A stretch of DNA of 36,920 nt from Nemertoderma westbladi (lineage: Eukaryota; Animalia; Xenacoelomorpha), in assembly GCA_032718475.1 (NCBI GenBank), contig JAUCBJ010007714.1, positions 1 through 36,920 on the forward strand. Direction: 5' to 3'. The position numbers and the translations under genes were made by a program. Positions 10,374 through 22,268 of the stretch are shown one piece after another. Position 1 is the stretch's first letter. Each line of letters opens with the position of its first letter. The notes beneath the pieces are model-generated. The model saw only the letters and a list, made by a program, of their open reading frames with translations. It had not been told where the DNA came from and did no database searches.

Positions 10374-13300
10374 ATTAACAGTATACAGTATCGCGGGTAG
10401 TTGTTTATATTAACAGTATACAGTATTGCGGGTAGTTGCTTATATTAACAGTATACAGTATCGCGGGTAGTTGTTTATATTAACAGTATCGCAGGTAGTT
10501 GTTTATATTAACAGTATACAGTATCGCGGGAAGTTGTTTATATTAACAGTATACAGTATCGCGGGTAGTTGTTTATATTAACAGTATACAGTAACGCGGG
10601 TAGTTGTTTATATTAACAGTATACAGTATCGCGGGTAGTTGTTTATATTAACAGTAAAAATTATCGCGGGTAGTTATATATATTAACAGTATCGCAGGTA
10701 GTTGTTTATATTAACAGTATACAGTATCGCGGGTAGTTGTTTATATTAACAGTATACAGTATCGCAGGTAGTTGTATATATTAACAGTATCGCAGGTAGT
10801 TGTTTATATTAACAGTATACAGTATCGCAGGTAGTTGTTTATATTAACAGTATCGCGGGTAGTTGTTTATATTAACAGTATCGCGGGTAGTTGTTTATAT
10901 TAACAGTATACAGTATCGCGGGTAGTTGTTTATATTAACAGTATACAGTATCGCGGGTAGTTGTTTATATTAACAGTATTCAGTATCGCGGGTAGTTGTT
11001 TATATTAACAGTATACAGTATCGCGGGTAGTTGTTTATATTAACAGTATACAGTATCGCGGGTAGTTCTTTATATTAACAGTATACAGTATCGCGGGTAG
11101 TTGCTTATATTAACAGTATACAGTATCGCGGGTAGTTATTAACAGTATACAGTATCGCGGGTAGTTGTTTATATTAACAGTATACAGTATCGCGGGTAGT
11201 TGTTTATATTAACAGTATACAGTATCGCGGGTAGTTGTTTATATTAACAGTATACAGTATCGCGGGTAGTTGTTTATATTAACAGTATACAGTATCGCGG
11301 GTAGTTGTTTATATTAACAGTATACAGTATCGCGGGTAGTTGTTTATATTAACAGTATACATTATCGCGGGTAGTTATATATATTAACAGTATCACAGGT
11401 AGTTGTTTATATTAACAGTATACAGTATCGCCGGTAGTTGTTTATATTAACAGTATACAGTATCGCGGGTAGTTGTATATATTAACAGTATCGCAGGTAG
11501 TTGTTTATATTAACAGTATACAGTATCGCAGGTAGTTGTTTATATTAACAGTATCGCGGGTAGTTGTTTATATTAACAGTATCGCGGGTAGTTGTTTATA
11601 TTAACAGTATCGCGGGTAGTTGTTTATATTAACAGTATACAGTATCACGGGTAGTTGTTTATATTAACAGTATACAGTATTGCGGGTAGTTGTATATATT
11701 AACAGTATCGCAGGTAGTTGTTTATATTAACAGTATACAGTATCGCAGGTAGTTGTTTATATTAACAGTATCGCGGGTAGTTGTTTATATTAACAGTATC
11801 GCGGGTAGTTGTTTATATTAACAGTATCGCGGGTAGTTGTTTATATTAACAGTATACAGTATCGCGGGTAGTTGTTTATATTAACAGTATACAGTATCGC
11901 GGGTAGTTGTATATATTAACAGTATCGCAGGTAGTTGTTTATATTAACAGTATACAGTATCGCGGGTAGTTATTAACAGTATACAGTATCGCGGGTAGTT
12001 GTTTATATTAACAGTATACAGTATCGCGGGTAGTTGTTTATATTAACAGTATACAGTATCGCGGGTAGTTGTTTATATTAACAGTATACAGTATCGCGGG
12101 TAGTTGTTTATATTAACAGTATACAGTATCGCGGGTAGTTGTTTATATTAACAGTATACATTATCGCGGGTAGTTATATATATTAACAGTATCGCGGGTA
12201 GTTGTTTATATTAACAGTATCGCGGGTAGTTGTTTATATTAACAGTATACAGTATCGCGGGTAGTTATTAACAGTATACAGTATCGCGGGTAGTTGTTTA
12301 TATTAACAGTATGCAGTATCGTGGGTAGTTGTTTATATTAACAGTATACAGTATCGCGGGTAGTTGTTTATATTAACAGTATACAGTATCGCGGGTAGTT
12401 TTTTATATTAACAGTATACAGTATCGCGGGTAGTTGTTTATATTAACAGTATACAGTATCGCGGGTAGTTGTTTATATTAACAGTATACATTATCGCGGG
12501 TAGTTATATATATTAACAGTATACAGTATCGCGGGTAGTTGTTTATATTAACAGTATACAGTATCGCGGGTAGTTGTTTATATTAACAGTATACATTATC
12601 GCGGGTAGTTATATATATTAACAGTATCACAGGTAGTTGTTTATATTAACAGTATCGCGGGTAGTTGTTTATATTAACAGTATCGCGGGTAGTTGTTTAT
12701 ATTAACAGTATCGCGGGTAGTTGTTTATATTAACAGTATACAGTATCGCGGGTAGTTATTAACAGTATACAGTATCGCGGGTAGTTGTTTATATTAACAG
12801 TATACAGTATCGCGGGTAGTTGTTTATATTAACAGTATACAGTATCGCGGGTAGTTGTTTATATTAACAGTATACAGTATCGCGGGTAGTTGTTTATATT
12901 AACAGTATACAGTATCGCGGGTAGTTGTTTATATTAACAGTATACAGTATCGCGGGTAGTTGTTTATATTAACAGTATACATTATCGCGGGTAGTTATAT
13001 ATATTAACAGTATCACAGGTAGTTGTTTATATTAACAGTATACAGTATCGCCGGTAGTTGTTTATATTAACAGTATACAGTATCGCGGGTAGTTGTATAT
13101 ATTAACAGTATCGCAGGTAGTTGTTTATATTAACAGTATACAGTATCGCAGGTAGTTGTTTATATTAACAGTATCGCGGGTAGTTGTTTATATTAACAGT
13201 ATCGCGGGTAGTTGTTTATATTAACAGTATCGCGGGTAGTTGTTTATATTAACAGTATACAGTATCGCGGGTAGTTGTTTATATTAACAGTATACAGTAT

Positions 13301-16300
13301 CGCGGGTAGTTGTATATATTAACAGTATCGCAGGTAGTTGTTTATATTAACAGTATACAGTATCGCAGGTAGTTGTTTATATTAACAGTATCGCGGGTAG
13401 TTGTTTATATTAACAGTATCGCGGGTAGTTGTTTATATTAACAGTATCGCGGGTAGTTGTTTATATTAACAGTATACAGTATCGCGGGTAGTTGTTTATA
13501 TTAACAGTATACAGTATCGCGGGTAGTTGTATATATTAACAGTATCGCAGGTAGTTGTTTATATTAACAGTATACAGTATCGCAGGTAGTTGTTTATATT
13601 AACAGTATTGCGGCGGGTAGTTGTTTATATTAACAGTATCGTGGGTAGTTGTTTATATTAACAGTATCGCGGGTAGTTGTTTATATTAACAGTATACAGT
13701 ATCGCGGGTAGTTGCTTATATTAACAGTATACAGTATCGCGGGTAGTTGTTTATATTAACAGTATACAGTATCGCGGGTAGTTGTTTATATTAACAGTAT
13801 ACAGTATTGCGGGTAGTTGTTTATATTAACAGTATACAGTATCGCGGGTAGTTGTTTATATTAACAGTATACAGTATCGCGGGTAGTTGTTTATATTAAC
13901 AGTAAAAATTATCGCGGGTAGTTATATATATTAACAGTATCGCAGGTAGTTGTTTATATTAACAGTATACAGTATCGCGGGTAGTTGTTTATATTAACAG
14001 TATACAGTATCGTGGGTAGTTGTATATATTAACAGTATCGCAGGTAGTTGTTTATATTAACAGTATACAGTATCGCAGGTAGTTGTTTATATTAACGGTA
14101 TCGCGGGTAGTTGTTTATATTAACAGTATCGCGGGTAGTTGTTTATATTAACAGTATACAGTATCGCGGGTAGTTGTTTATATTAACAGTATACAGTATC
14201 GCGGGTAGTTGTTTATATTAACAGTATACAGTATCGCGGGTAGTTGTTTATATTAACAGTATACAGTATCGCGGGTAGTTGTTTATATTAACAGTATACA
14301 GTATCGCGGGTAGTTGCTTATATTAACAGTATACAGTATCGCGGGTAGTTGTTTATATTAACAGTATACAGTATCGCGGGTAGTTGTTTATATTAACAGT
14401 ATACAGTATCGCGGGTAGTTGTTTATATTAACAGTATACAGTATCGCGGGTAGTTGTTTATATTAACAGTATACAGTATCGCGGGTAGTTGTTTATATTA
14501 ACAGTATACAGTATCGCGGGTAGTTGTTTATATTAACAGTATACAGTATCGCGGGTAGTTGTTTATATTAACAGTATACATTATCCCGGGTAGTTATATA
14601 TATTAACAGTATCGCAGGTAGTTGTTTATATTAACAGTATACAGTATCGCTGGTAGTTGTTTATATTAACAGTATACAGTATCGCGGGTAGTTGTATATA
14701 TTAACAGTATCGCAGGTAGTTGTTTATATTAACAGTATACAGTATCGCAGGTAGTTGTTTATATTAACAGTATCGCGGGTAGTTGTTTATATTAACAGTA
14801 TCGCGGGTAGTTGTTTATATTAACAGTATCGCGGGTAGTTGTTTATATTAACAGTATCGCGGGTAGTTGTTTATATTAACAGTATACAGTATCGCGGGTA
14901 GTTGTATATATTAACAGTATCGCAGGTAGTTGTTTATATTAACAGTATACAATATCGCGGGTAGTTGTTTATATTAACAGTATACAGTATCGCGGGTAGT
15001 TGTTTATATTAACAGTATACAGTATTGCGGGTAGTTGTTTATATTAACAGTATACAGTATCGCGGGTAGTTGTTTATATTAACAGTATACAGTATCGCGG
15101 GAAGTTGTTTATATTAACAGTATACAGTATCGCCGGTAGTTGTTTATATTAACAGTATACAGTATCGCGGGTAGTTGTATATATTAACAGTATCGCAGGT
15201 AGTTGTTTATATTAACAGTATACAGTATCGCAGGTAGTTGTTTATATTAACAGTATCGCGGGTAGTTGTTTATATTAACAGTATCGCGGGTAGTTGTTTA
15301 TATTAACAGTATCGCGGGTAGTTGTTTATATTAACAGTATACAGTATCGCGGGTAGTTGTTTATATTAACAGTATACAGTATCGCGGGTAGTTGTATATA
15401 TTAACAGTATCGCAGGTAGTTGTTTATATTAACAGTATACAGTATCGCAGGTAGTTGTTTATATTAACAGTATCGCGGGTAGTTGTTTATATTAACAGTA
15501 TCGCGGGTAGTTGTTTATATTAACAGTATCGCGGGTAGTTGTTTATATTAACAGTATACAGTATCGCGGGTAGTTGTTTATATTAACAGTATACAGTATC
15601 GCGGGTAGTTGTATATAGTAACAGTATCACAGGTAGTTGTTTATATTAACAGTATACAGTATCGCAGGTAGTTGTTTATATTAACAGTATTGCGGCGGGT
15701 AGTTGTTTATATTAACAGTATCGCGGGTAGTTGTTTATATTAACAGTATCGCGGGTAGTTGTTTATATTAACAGTATACAGTATCGCGGGTAGTTGCTTA
15801 TATTAACAGTATACAGTATCGCGGGTAGTTGTTTATATTAACAGTATACCAGTATCGCGGGTAGTTGTTTATATTAACAGTATACAGTATCGCGGGTAGT
15901 TGTTTATATTAACAGTATACAGTATCGCGGGTAGTTGTTTATATTAACAGTATACAGTATCGCGGGTAGTTGTTTATATTAACAGTAAAAATTATCGCGG
16001 GTAGTTATATATATTAACAGTATCGCAGGTAGTTGTTTATATTAACAATATACAGTATCGCGGGTAGTTGTTTATATTAACAGTATACAGTATCGTGGGT
16101 AGTTGTATATATTAACAGTATCGCAGGTAGTTGTTTATATTAACAGTATACAGTATCGCTGGTAGTTGTTTATATTAACAGTATCGCGGGTAGTTGTTTA
16201 TATTAACAGTATCGCGGGTAGTTGTTTATATTAACAGTATACAGTATCGCGGGTAGTTGTTTATATTAACAGTATACAGTATCGCGGGTAGTTGTTTATA

Positions 16301-17421
16301 TTAACAGTATACAGTATCGCGGGTAGTTGTTTATATTAACAGTATACAGTATCGCGGGTAGTTGTTTATATTAACAGTATACAGTATCGCGGGTAGTTGC
16401 TTATATTAACAGTATACAGTATCGCGGGTAGTTGTTTATATTAACAGTATACAGTATCGCGGGTAGTTGTTTATATTAACAGTATACAGTATCGCGGGTA
16501 GTTGTTTATATTAACAGTATACAGTATCGCGGGTAGTTGTTTATATTAACAGTATACAGTATCGCGGGTAGTTGTTTATATTAACAGTATACAGTATCGC
16601 GGATAGTTGTTTATATTAACAGTATACAGTATCGCGGGTAGTTGTTTATATTAACAGTATACATTATCCCGGGTAGTTATATATATTAACAGTATCGCAG
16701 GTAGTTGTTTATATTAACAGTATACAGTATCGCCGGTAGTTGTTTATATTAACAGTATACAGTATCGCGGGTAGTTGTATATATTAACAGTATCGCAGGT
16801 AGTTGTTTATATTAACAGTATACAGTATCGCAGGTAGTTGTTTATATTAACAGTATCGCGGGTAGTTGTTTATATTAACAGTATCGCGGGTAGTTGTTTA
16901 TATTAACAGTATCGCGGGTAGTTGTTTATATTAACAGTATACAGTATCGCGGGTAGTTGTTTATATTAACAGTATACAGTATCGCGGGTAGTTGTATATA
17001 TTAACAGTATCGCAGGTAGTTGTTTATATTAACAGTATACAGTATCGCGGGAAGTTGTTTATATTAACAGTATACAGTATCGCGGGTAGTTGTTTATATT
17101 AACAGTATACAGTATCGCGGGTAGCTGTTTATATTAACAGTATCGCAGGTAGTTGTTTATATTAACAGTATACAGTATCGCGGGTAGTTGTTTATATTAA
17201 CAGTATACAGTATCGCGGGTAGCTGTTTATATTAACAGTATCGCAGGTAGTTGTTTATATTAACAGTATACAGTATCGCAGGTAGCTGTTTATATTAACA
17301 GTATCGCAGGTAGTTGTTTATATTAACAGTATACAGTATCGCGGGTAGTAGTTTATATTAACAGTATACAGTACAGTATCGCGGGTACAGTAGTTGTTTA
17401 TACTAACAGTATACAGTATCA
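10374..17421. repeat. ~7-kb satellite of 35-bp units with 28-bp (and rarer 27-bp) deletion variants, roughly 200+ units
   Basis: tcgcgggtagttgtttatattaacagta(tacagta) repeated head to tail with no unique spacers. Confidence 0.99.
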
Positions 17422-17496
17422 GTGAGATTTTGTATTTCAGCTTCATACTTCGGTTCAGAAATAATGCAAAAAACGTATTTTTATAATTTTAACCAT

Positions 17497-17758
17497 CCTA
17501 TTGTCCCGCCTATTGTCCCGCCTATTGTCCCGCCTATTGTCCCGCCTATTGTCCCGCCTATTTTCCCGCCTATTGTCCCACCTATTGTCCCGCCTATTGT
17601 CCCGCCTATTGTCCCACCTATTGTCCCGCCTATTGTCCCACCTATTGTCCCGCCTATTGTCCCGCATATTGTCCCGGCTATTGTCCCGCCTATTGTCCCG
17701 CCTTTTGTCCCGCCTATTGCCCCGCCTATTGTCCCGCCTATTGCCCCACATATTGTCC
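17497..17758. repeat. 12-bp minisatellite (cctattgtcccg)n, ~22 copies
   Basis: Direct observation. Confidence 0.98.
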
Positions 17759-17953
17759 GTTTATCCTTGCTATAATACGTAATTTTGGATTAACTATAAG
17801 AAAGTTTGAGATGTCAGTTATATTCGATGAAAAATTCTGGGTTAGAGCAAGTTAAATATTATTAATCCAATTTCAAATATTATTATAAATATATTTCTGT
17901 AGCTCAGCGCTATCATTATCAATAAAGTACAAATTCTAATATAAATTGCAGAA

Positions 17954-20900
17954 TTGACTAACGTAACGTACGACTTGATATCTGTTGAAAATTGCACTAA
18001 AAACAGAAGAAATGTTGTAACCAAAAAAACAGAAGACATAGGCAGGGAAACGTATAGGGACCGCAGGCGCATACTGGAGAGCCTAACGAATTATATTTAT
18101 AATTATATTTGTAACTTAGCTCCAACCCATAATTTGTCATCGTATTATTGGATGTCAACACAGTGGAAAGACAGCTTAATGATAATTATCCTTTATACAG
18201 GAGATAATGGCGGCACAATTACAGTAATTGATACGTTCCGTGAAGGTCAAACTGAAAGAAAGAAAAGTATCAAACAGGTGGAAAGTATATTGGAGAAAAC
18301 TGAAGAATTAAAGGAAATTGTTGAGTATATTGGATGGGTTGGTCCCATAAATAAACCACTCCAGGGTAAGATAAATAATATAATTATATCTACTGTTGAT
18401 GTTCTTTCAGATAAAGAGAAAGAACTTTACTTTAGACTGGATGCAGATATTTCTGAGTTAACAACCCAGAATCTGGTTAGTATTTGGGGTTTAAATGAAG
18501 TTTCAACAATAGAAATTGTTAATAAATTCAGAGACATGGGACTTATGATTATGAATATAAGTGGATCAAATACACTGAAACTTCCAAAATTTTTAATTAA
18601 TTATATAAAAGAACAAAAACTGCCAATAGAGATACTGGCGAGAGGCCCAGAAGCATTGGCTGCTTATAAAGCAGCTCTTTCTAAAGGGACTACATGGATA
18701 CTGAAAACCCGGTTAATGTTAGTCGGACAAGAGAGAGCTGGTAAAACTAGTTTGAAGAAGGCCCTTATTGGTCAACCGTTTGATATTAATGAACAAATAA
18801 CAGATGGTATTGACTCATCTGCTAACTGTATTATAAATACCGAACAAAACACTGATTGGACCAACTTACGAGATAAAGATAAAGAAAACTTGGAGAAAGA
18901 TGTCAATGACTTTGTTACTAAACAAATAGCAAAAACTGTTCTAGAAAGTAAACAAGTTGCAGATAATAAAAGTGATGATTCTGGAACTTCTGGAAAGGTT
19001 GTTGGAAGTGCGACTCCCATAGTTTCAACCTCTTCATCATCAGCTAATGTTAAACCTACAAAGATTCCTATTACAGTTGCAAGTGGAAGTGCTAATAAAG
19101 TTTCAACCGTTAGTTTATGGAGGAGGTTAGTTTCCAAAATTACACGCAATAAAGAACAGATCAGTAATGAATGTGAAGTCAGGATCACAGAGGGAAACAT
19201 TGGTAGACATAGAGAAGGTACAGGATATATTCTATCCAAACATGATTCTTCTGAAACACAAATCCCTGCAAACATAACTAAAGGAGTAGAAGATATACTC
19301 ACATCTGGTAAACCCCAAGATATTCTGGCTAAATTTATTGAGGAAGACAGTCGCTTTTCTCTACAGATAGTCGATTTTGGAGGCCAATGTATTTATTATA
19401 CAACCCATCAGATATTTTTGAGTAGACGTTCTATTTACATAATTGTATTTGATTTGACACAAGATCTCGACAAAACAGCTGATGTTATTGTTAGAGCTGA
19501 TGACACCAACATAAAAGTTTATGGCGAGATGACCAATATTGAATTTATAGATTTTTGGTTAAGGAGTATTTACTCATTTGGTGCGAATTTTGATGAAAAA
19601 ACATCAAATGTTGTCGGTCCACCAGTATTTATAGTCGGAACTCATAAAGGTAGTTTAGATGCTGATTCTAGAACTCAATCAACTTTAGCAACTAATGTTT
19701 TTAAATCCATTAACAACTATATAGATAAAACTCACCTTACAAGTAATTTAGTAAAGGAATTTTATGCATTGGAAAATAATAAAGAAATTTTGAGTGATAG
19801 CGCTGAAGAACTGGAGAATTTGCAGCAAGAGATTGCCAAGGAAATGATTAGGTTCAAAGAGGAAATACCTCTACAATATTTAAAATTTGAACAACTTGTG
19901 ACTCAATTTATAAAGGATGGCAAAGTTTATATTAACATTGACGAATTAAAAGTAAAGTTAAATGCTATTGATGTAGAAATGAATGACATTGGTTTGAAAA
20001 CAATGTTAGAATTTTACCACGATTTGGGTACAATAATTTACTTTGATGATGAATCTCTAAGAGACACTGTTATAATGAGCCCAGAATGGTTGAGTGGAAT
20101 GTTTACCAAAATAATAACTGTAAAAGACAAAATAAAGAAACAACATTTTACATTCTGGAAGGACCTGGATGACAATGGTATATTACATGAAGAACTCCTT
20201 GATTATCTGTGGGAAGGCGTTCTTGATAAAAAACAATTTATGTTGAATATTCTAGAACGTTTTGATTTACTATGTGAAAGAGTTTTGCCTCAGATTAAAG
20301 GAACTTTAAACCAAAATATAAAGCGATCCTATTACGTTCCGTGCAGACTGAAACCAGTAAATATAAATCCGTTTGTACCAAAATATTCCAGCTTGGAATT
20401 TTATATAATATTCGATAGTTTCTTACCAGAAAGTTTGTACTACCGTTTAATTAAGAGAACTATAGATTTGTCCTACATTGTAGGAGATGGTGTAATTCAA
20501 CCTAAACTATACCACAGAGTTGCTCAGATATTTTTAGACTGTAATCATGAAATTATCTTGGAAAGATCTGCTAATCCGTTGCATCGGGTCAAAGTTCAGA
20601 TCATTAGAACTGAAGAGGTTGATACAGAAAGCGAATCAACTGGAAGGAAAAGGAGACCGGATCCACAGCTGGTCAATAAAGTGAAGTGTTATCTTAATAA
20701 TTCATTGCAGGAATTCCTTAAACAAATTCGAATAAAAAACATTTCGTTTAGTTTTCAGATAAAATGTCAATGTAATTCAAAATGCGAACAGCACAATGAA
20801 ATTAACTGTAGGGAAGAAATTTGTTTCCATTTTATTAAAATCGATGAAAATATTTCAGATAATAAAGTCAAATGTAAGTTTCATAAACATATGGAAAGCA

Positions 20901-21502
20901 ACTTAATAAGAGAAAAATATACAGGTGATTTAAGTTCACATTGGAAGAAATTAGCGTCTAAGGAGAATGAACTTCTAGATAAACTAGAAATATTAGAACT
21001 TATAATTTTCTTAGAAGCTAAGCGAACTTTGTCTCGGGATGTTTTATCTATAATTAACTCGAAACCAAATGTATTCAGTAAAATAAAGACTTTATTGGAG
21101 GCAATAAAATGGGGTACAGAAAATAATTACGAAATATTTATTGAAGGATTAAAGGAAACATATCAAACTCATATAGTAAATATTTTAGAGGATAAAACAA
21201 CAGATGATGATAAAAAGTTTCCGTTGATACTAACTAAATATAAGTTTGTTTTAGTTAATAGAATCGAACCAAATTTGGTAATAAAATTACTTTGTAGGAA
21301 ACAAGTGTTTAGGGATTCTATAGCTGAATCAATTAATAGTAAAGAATCCACAGTGGCAAAGAATAATGAACTGGTCGACGCGATAATTAGAAGGTCATAC
21401 AACGATTTTCTTACATTCTGTCAATGTCTGAGAGACACAAATCAGGGTCAAATAGCTGATATCCTGACTACAGCTGTACATAATTTAGATGATTTAGTCT
21501 AA
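17954..21502 (+). CDS. ROCO-family GTPase (ROC-COR) with two C-terminal CARD-like domains; probably a large terminal exon starting at 18201
   Basis: G1 GQERAGKTS (18725), G2 TDGID, G3 DFGGQ..Y.THQIFL (19373), G4 VGTHK (19640); COR motifs FYHDLGTIIYF, VIMSPEWL, LERFDL, YYVP, FLP..LYYRL; two ~85-aa CARD-like repeats (~20936-21190, ~21227-21470); ORF begins at TTG; candidate acceptor ctttatacag ends at 18200. Confidence 0.9.
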   Translation: MTNVTYDLISVENCTKNRRNVVTKKTEDIGRETYRDRRRILESLTNYIYNYICNLAPTHNLSSYYWMSTQWKDSLMIIILYTGDNGGTITVIDTFREGQTERKKSIKQVESILEKTEELKEIVEYIGWVGPINKPLQGKINNIIISTVDVLSDKEKELYFRLDADISELTTQNLVSIWGLNEVSTIEIVNKFRDMGLMIMNISGSNTLKLPKFLINYIKEQKLPIEILARGPEALAAYKAALSKGTTWILKTRLMLVGQERAGKTSLKKALIGQPFDINEQITDGIDSSANCIINTEQNTDWTNLRDKDKENLEKDVNDFVTKQIAKTVLESKQVADNKSDDSGTSGKVVGSATPIVSTSSSSANVKPTKIPITVASGSANKVSTVSLWRRLVSKITRNKEQISNECEVRITEGNIGRHREGTGYILSKHDSSETQIPANITKGVEDILTSGKPQDILAKFIEEDSRFSLQIVDFGGQCIYYTTHQIFLSRRSIYIIVFDLTQDLDKTADVIVRADDTNIKVYGEMTNIEFIDFWLRSIYSFGANFDEKTSNVVGPPVFIVGTHKGSLDADSRTQSTLATNVFKSINNYIDKTHLTSNLVKEFYALENNKEILSDSAEELENLQQEIAKEMIRFKEEIPLQYLKFEQLVTQFIKDGKVYINIDELKVKLNAIDVEMNDIGLKTMLEFYHDLGTIIYFDDESLRDTVIMSPEWLSGMFTKIITVKDKIKKQHFTFWKDLDDNGILHEELLDYLWEGVLDKKQFMLNILERFDLLCERVLPQIKGTLNQNIKRSYYVPCRLKPVNINPFVPKYSSLEFYIIFDSFLPESLYYRLIKRTIDLSYIVGDGVIQPKLYHRVAQIFLDCNHEIILERSANPLHRVKVQIIRTEEVDTESESTGRKRRPDPQLVNKVKCYLNNSLQEFLKQIRIKNISFSFQIKCQCNSKCEQHNEINCREEICFHFIKIDENISDNKVKCKFHKHMESNLIREKYTGDLSSHWKKLASKENELLDKLEILELIIFLEAKRTLSRDVLSIINSKPNVFSKIKTLLEAIKWGTENNYEIFIEGLKETYQTHIVNILEDKTTDDDKKFPLILTKYKFVLVNRIEPNLVIKLLCRKQVFRDSIAESINSKESTVAKNNELVDAIIRRSYNDFLTFCQCLRDTNQGQIADILTTAVHNLDDLV

Positions 21503-22268
21503 ATATAAAAATAATTATATACAATTTTCAGTGTTTAATTTTGTTACCAACCAGAGATAAATAATGTATTGGATATGATGGGAATATATCCCATAATAAT
21601 GTTATTTACCAAGAATGGTAAGGATAATATTTCATATTTATTTTTAACTTATAGTGCCAGTCAGGGCCGGACACACAATTTCTACTAGCATTTTATAGCT
21701 ATTCGTGTCCGACCTACCATCCACTATATTAAATATATAAAATTTAGTGCAATTTCTATTATATTATGGTAAATATACATTCAAGTTAAAGTTTAATAAT
21801 TATTTTATAAGTTTTCTCTTTTATAGATGGAAATACGAATATCTCCTGATCTCGGAATCGTAAACCAGTAAACTGTCAGGCTCTGAACCAAATCAAACAA
21901 CCGCCTAAATTATAAAACAGACTTGAAATCTTTTAGTATCGCCGAGCCGATATGATAACCTCGATTCTGGACTGTAATGAACCGACATGATTTGGTCCTT
22001 ATCAGATATTCGTCGTAGTCTGGGAAACCAGGAAATCTGGAAACACAAACCTGGAATCTCCTGGAACTCAAATATTAGTGGCTTAACGGAGATGTTGGAA
22101 CCAAATTATTTGGAACACAATTATCGAAAACTTCAGAATAAGTTAGTAATAAATTGTTACATGGAATATATCCTACAGTCGGGGTCTCAAAGTGTATCTG
22201 GTATTAGCGTTATTGTGAATACATTATTAATAAATTATATTATTTCTACTTATTTTATAGGTAGAGCT

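Noticed and set aside
10374-17421. CRISPR array (28-35 bp repeats with partial dyad symmetry)
   Set aside because: Units are head to tail with no unique spacers, there are no cas genes, and the context is eukaryotic
5786-17421. Satellite as a spliced-leader RNA or telomeric array (classic CRE targets)
   Set aside because: Unit too short for an SL gene, with no recognisable SL exon or Sm site; not a short G-rich telomeric repeat
17422-17782. PPIV / RRDN / SRLL repeat ORFs
   Set aside because: Translations of a 12-bp minisatellite
18772-19302. Antisense 176-aa ORF within the ROCO gene
   Set aside because: Shadow ORF with no recognisable motifs
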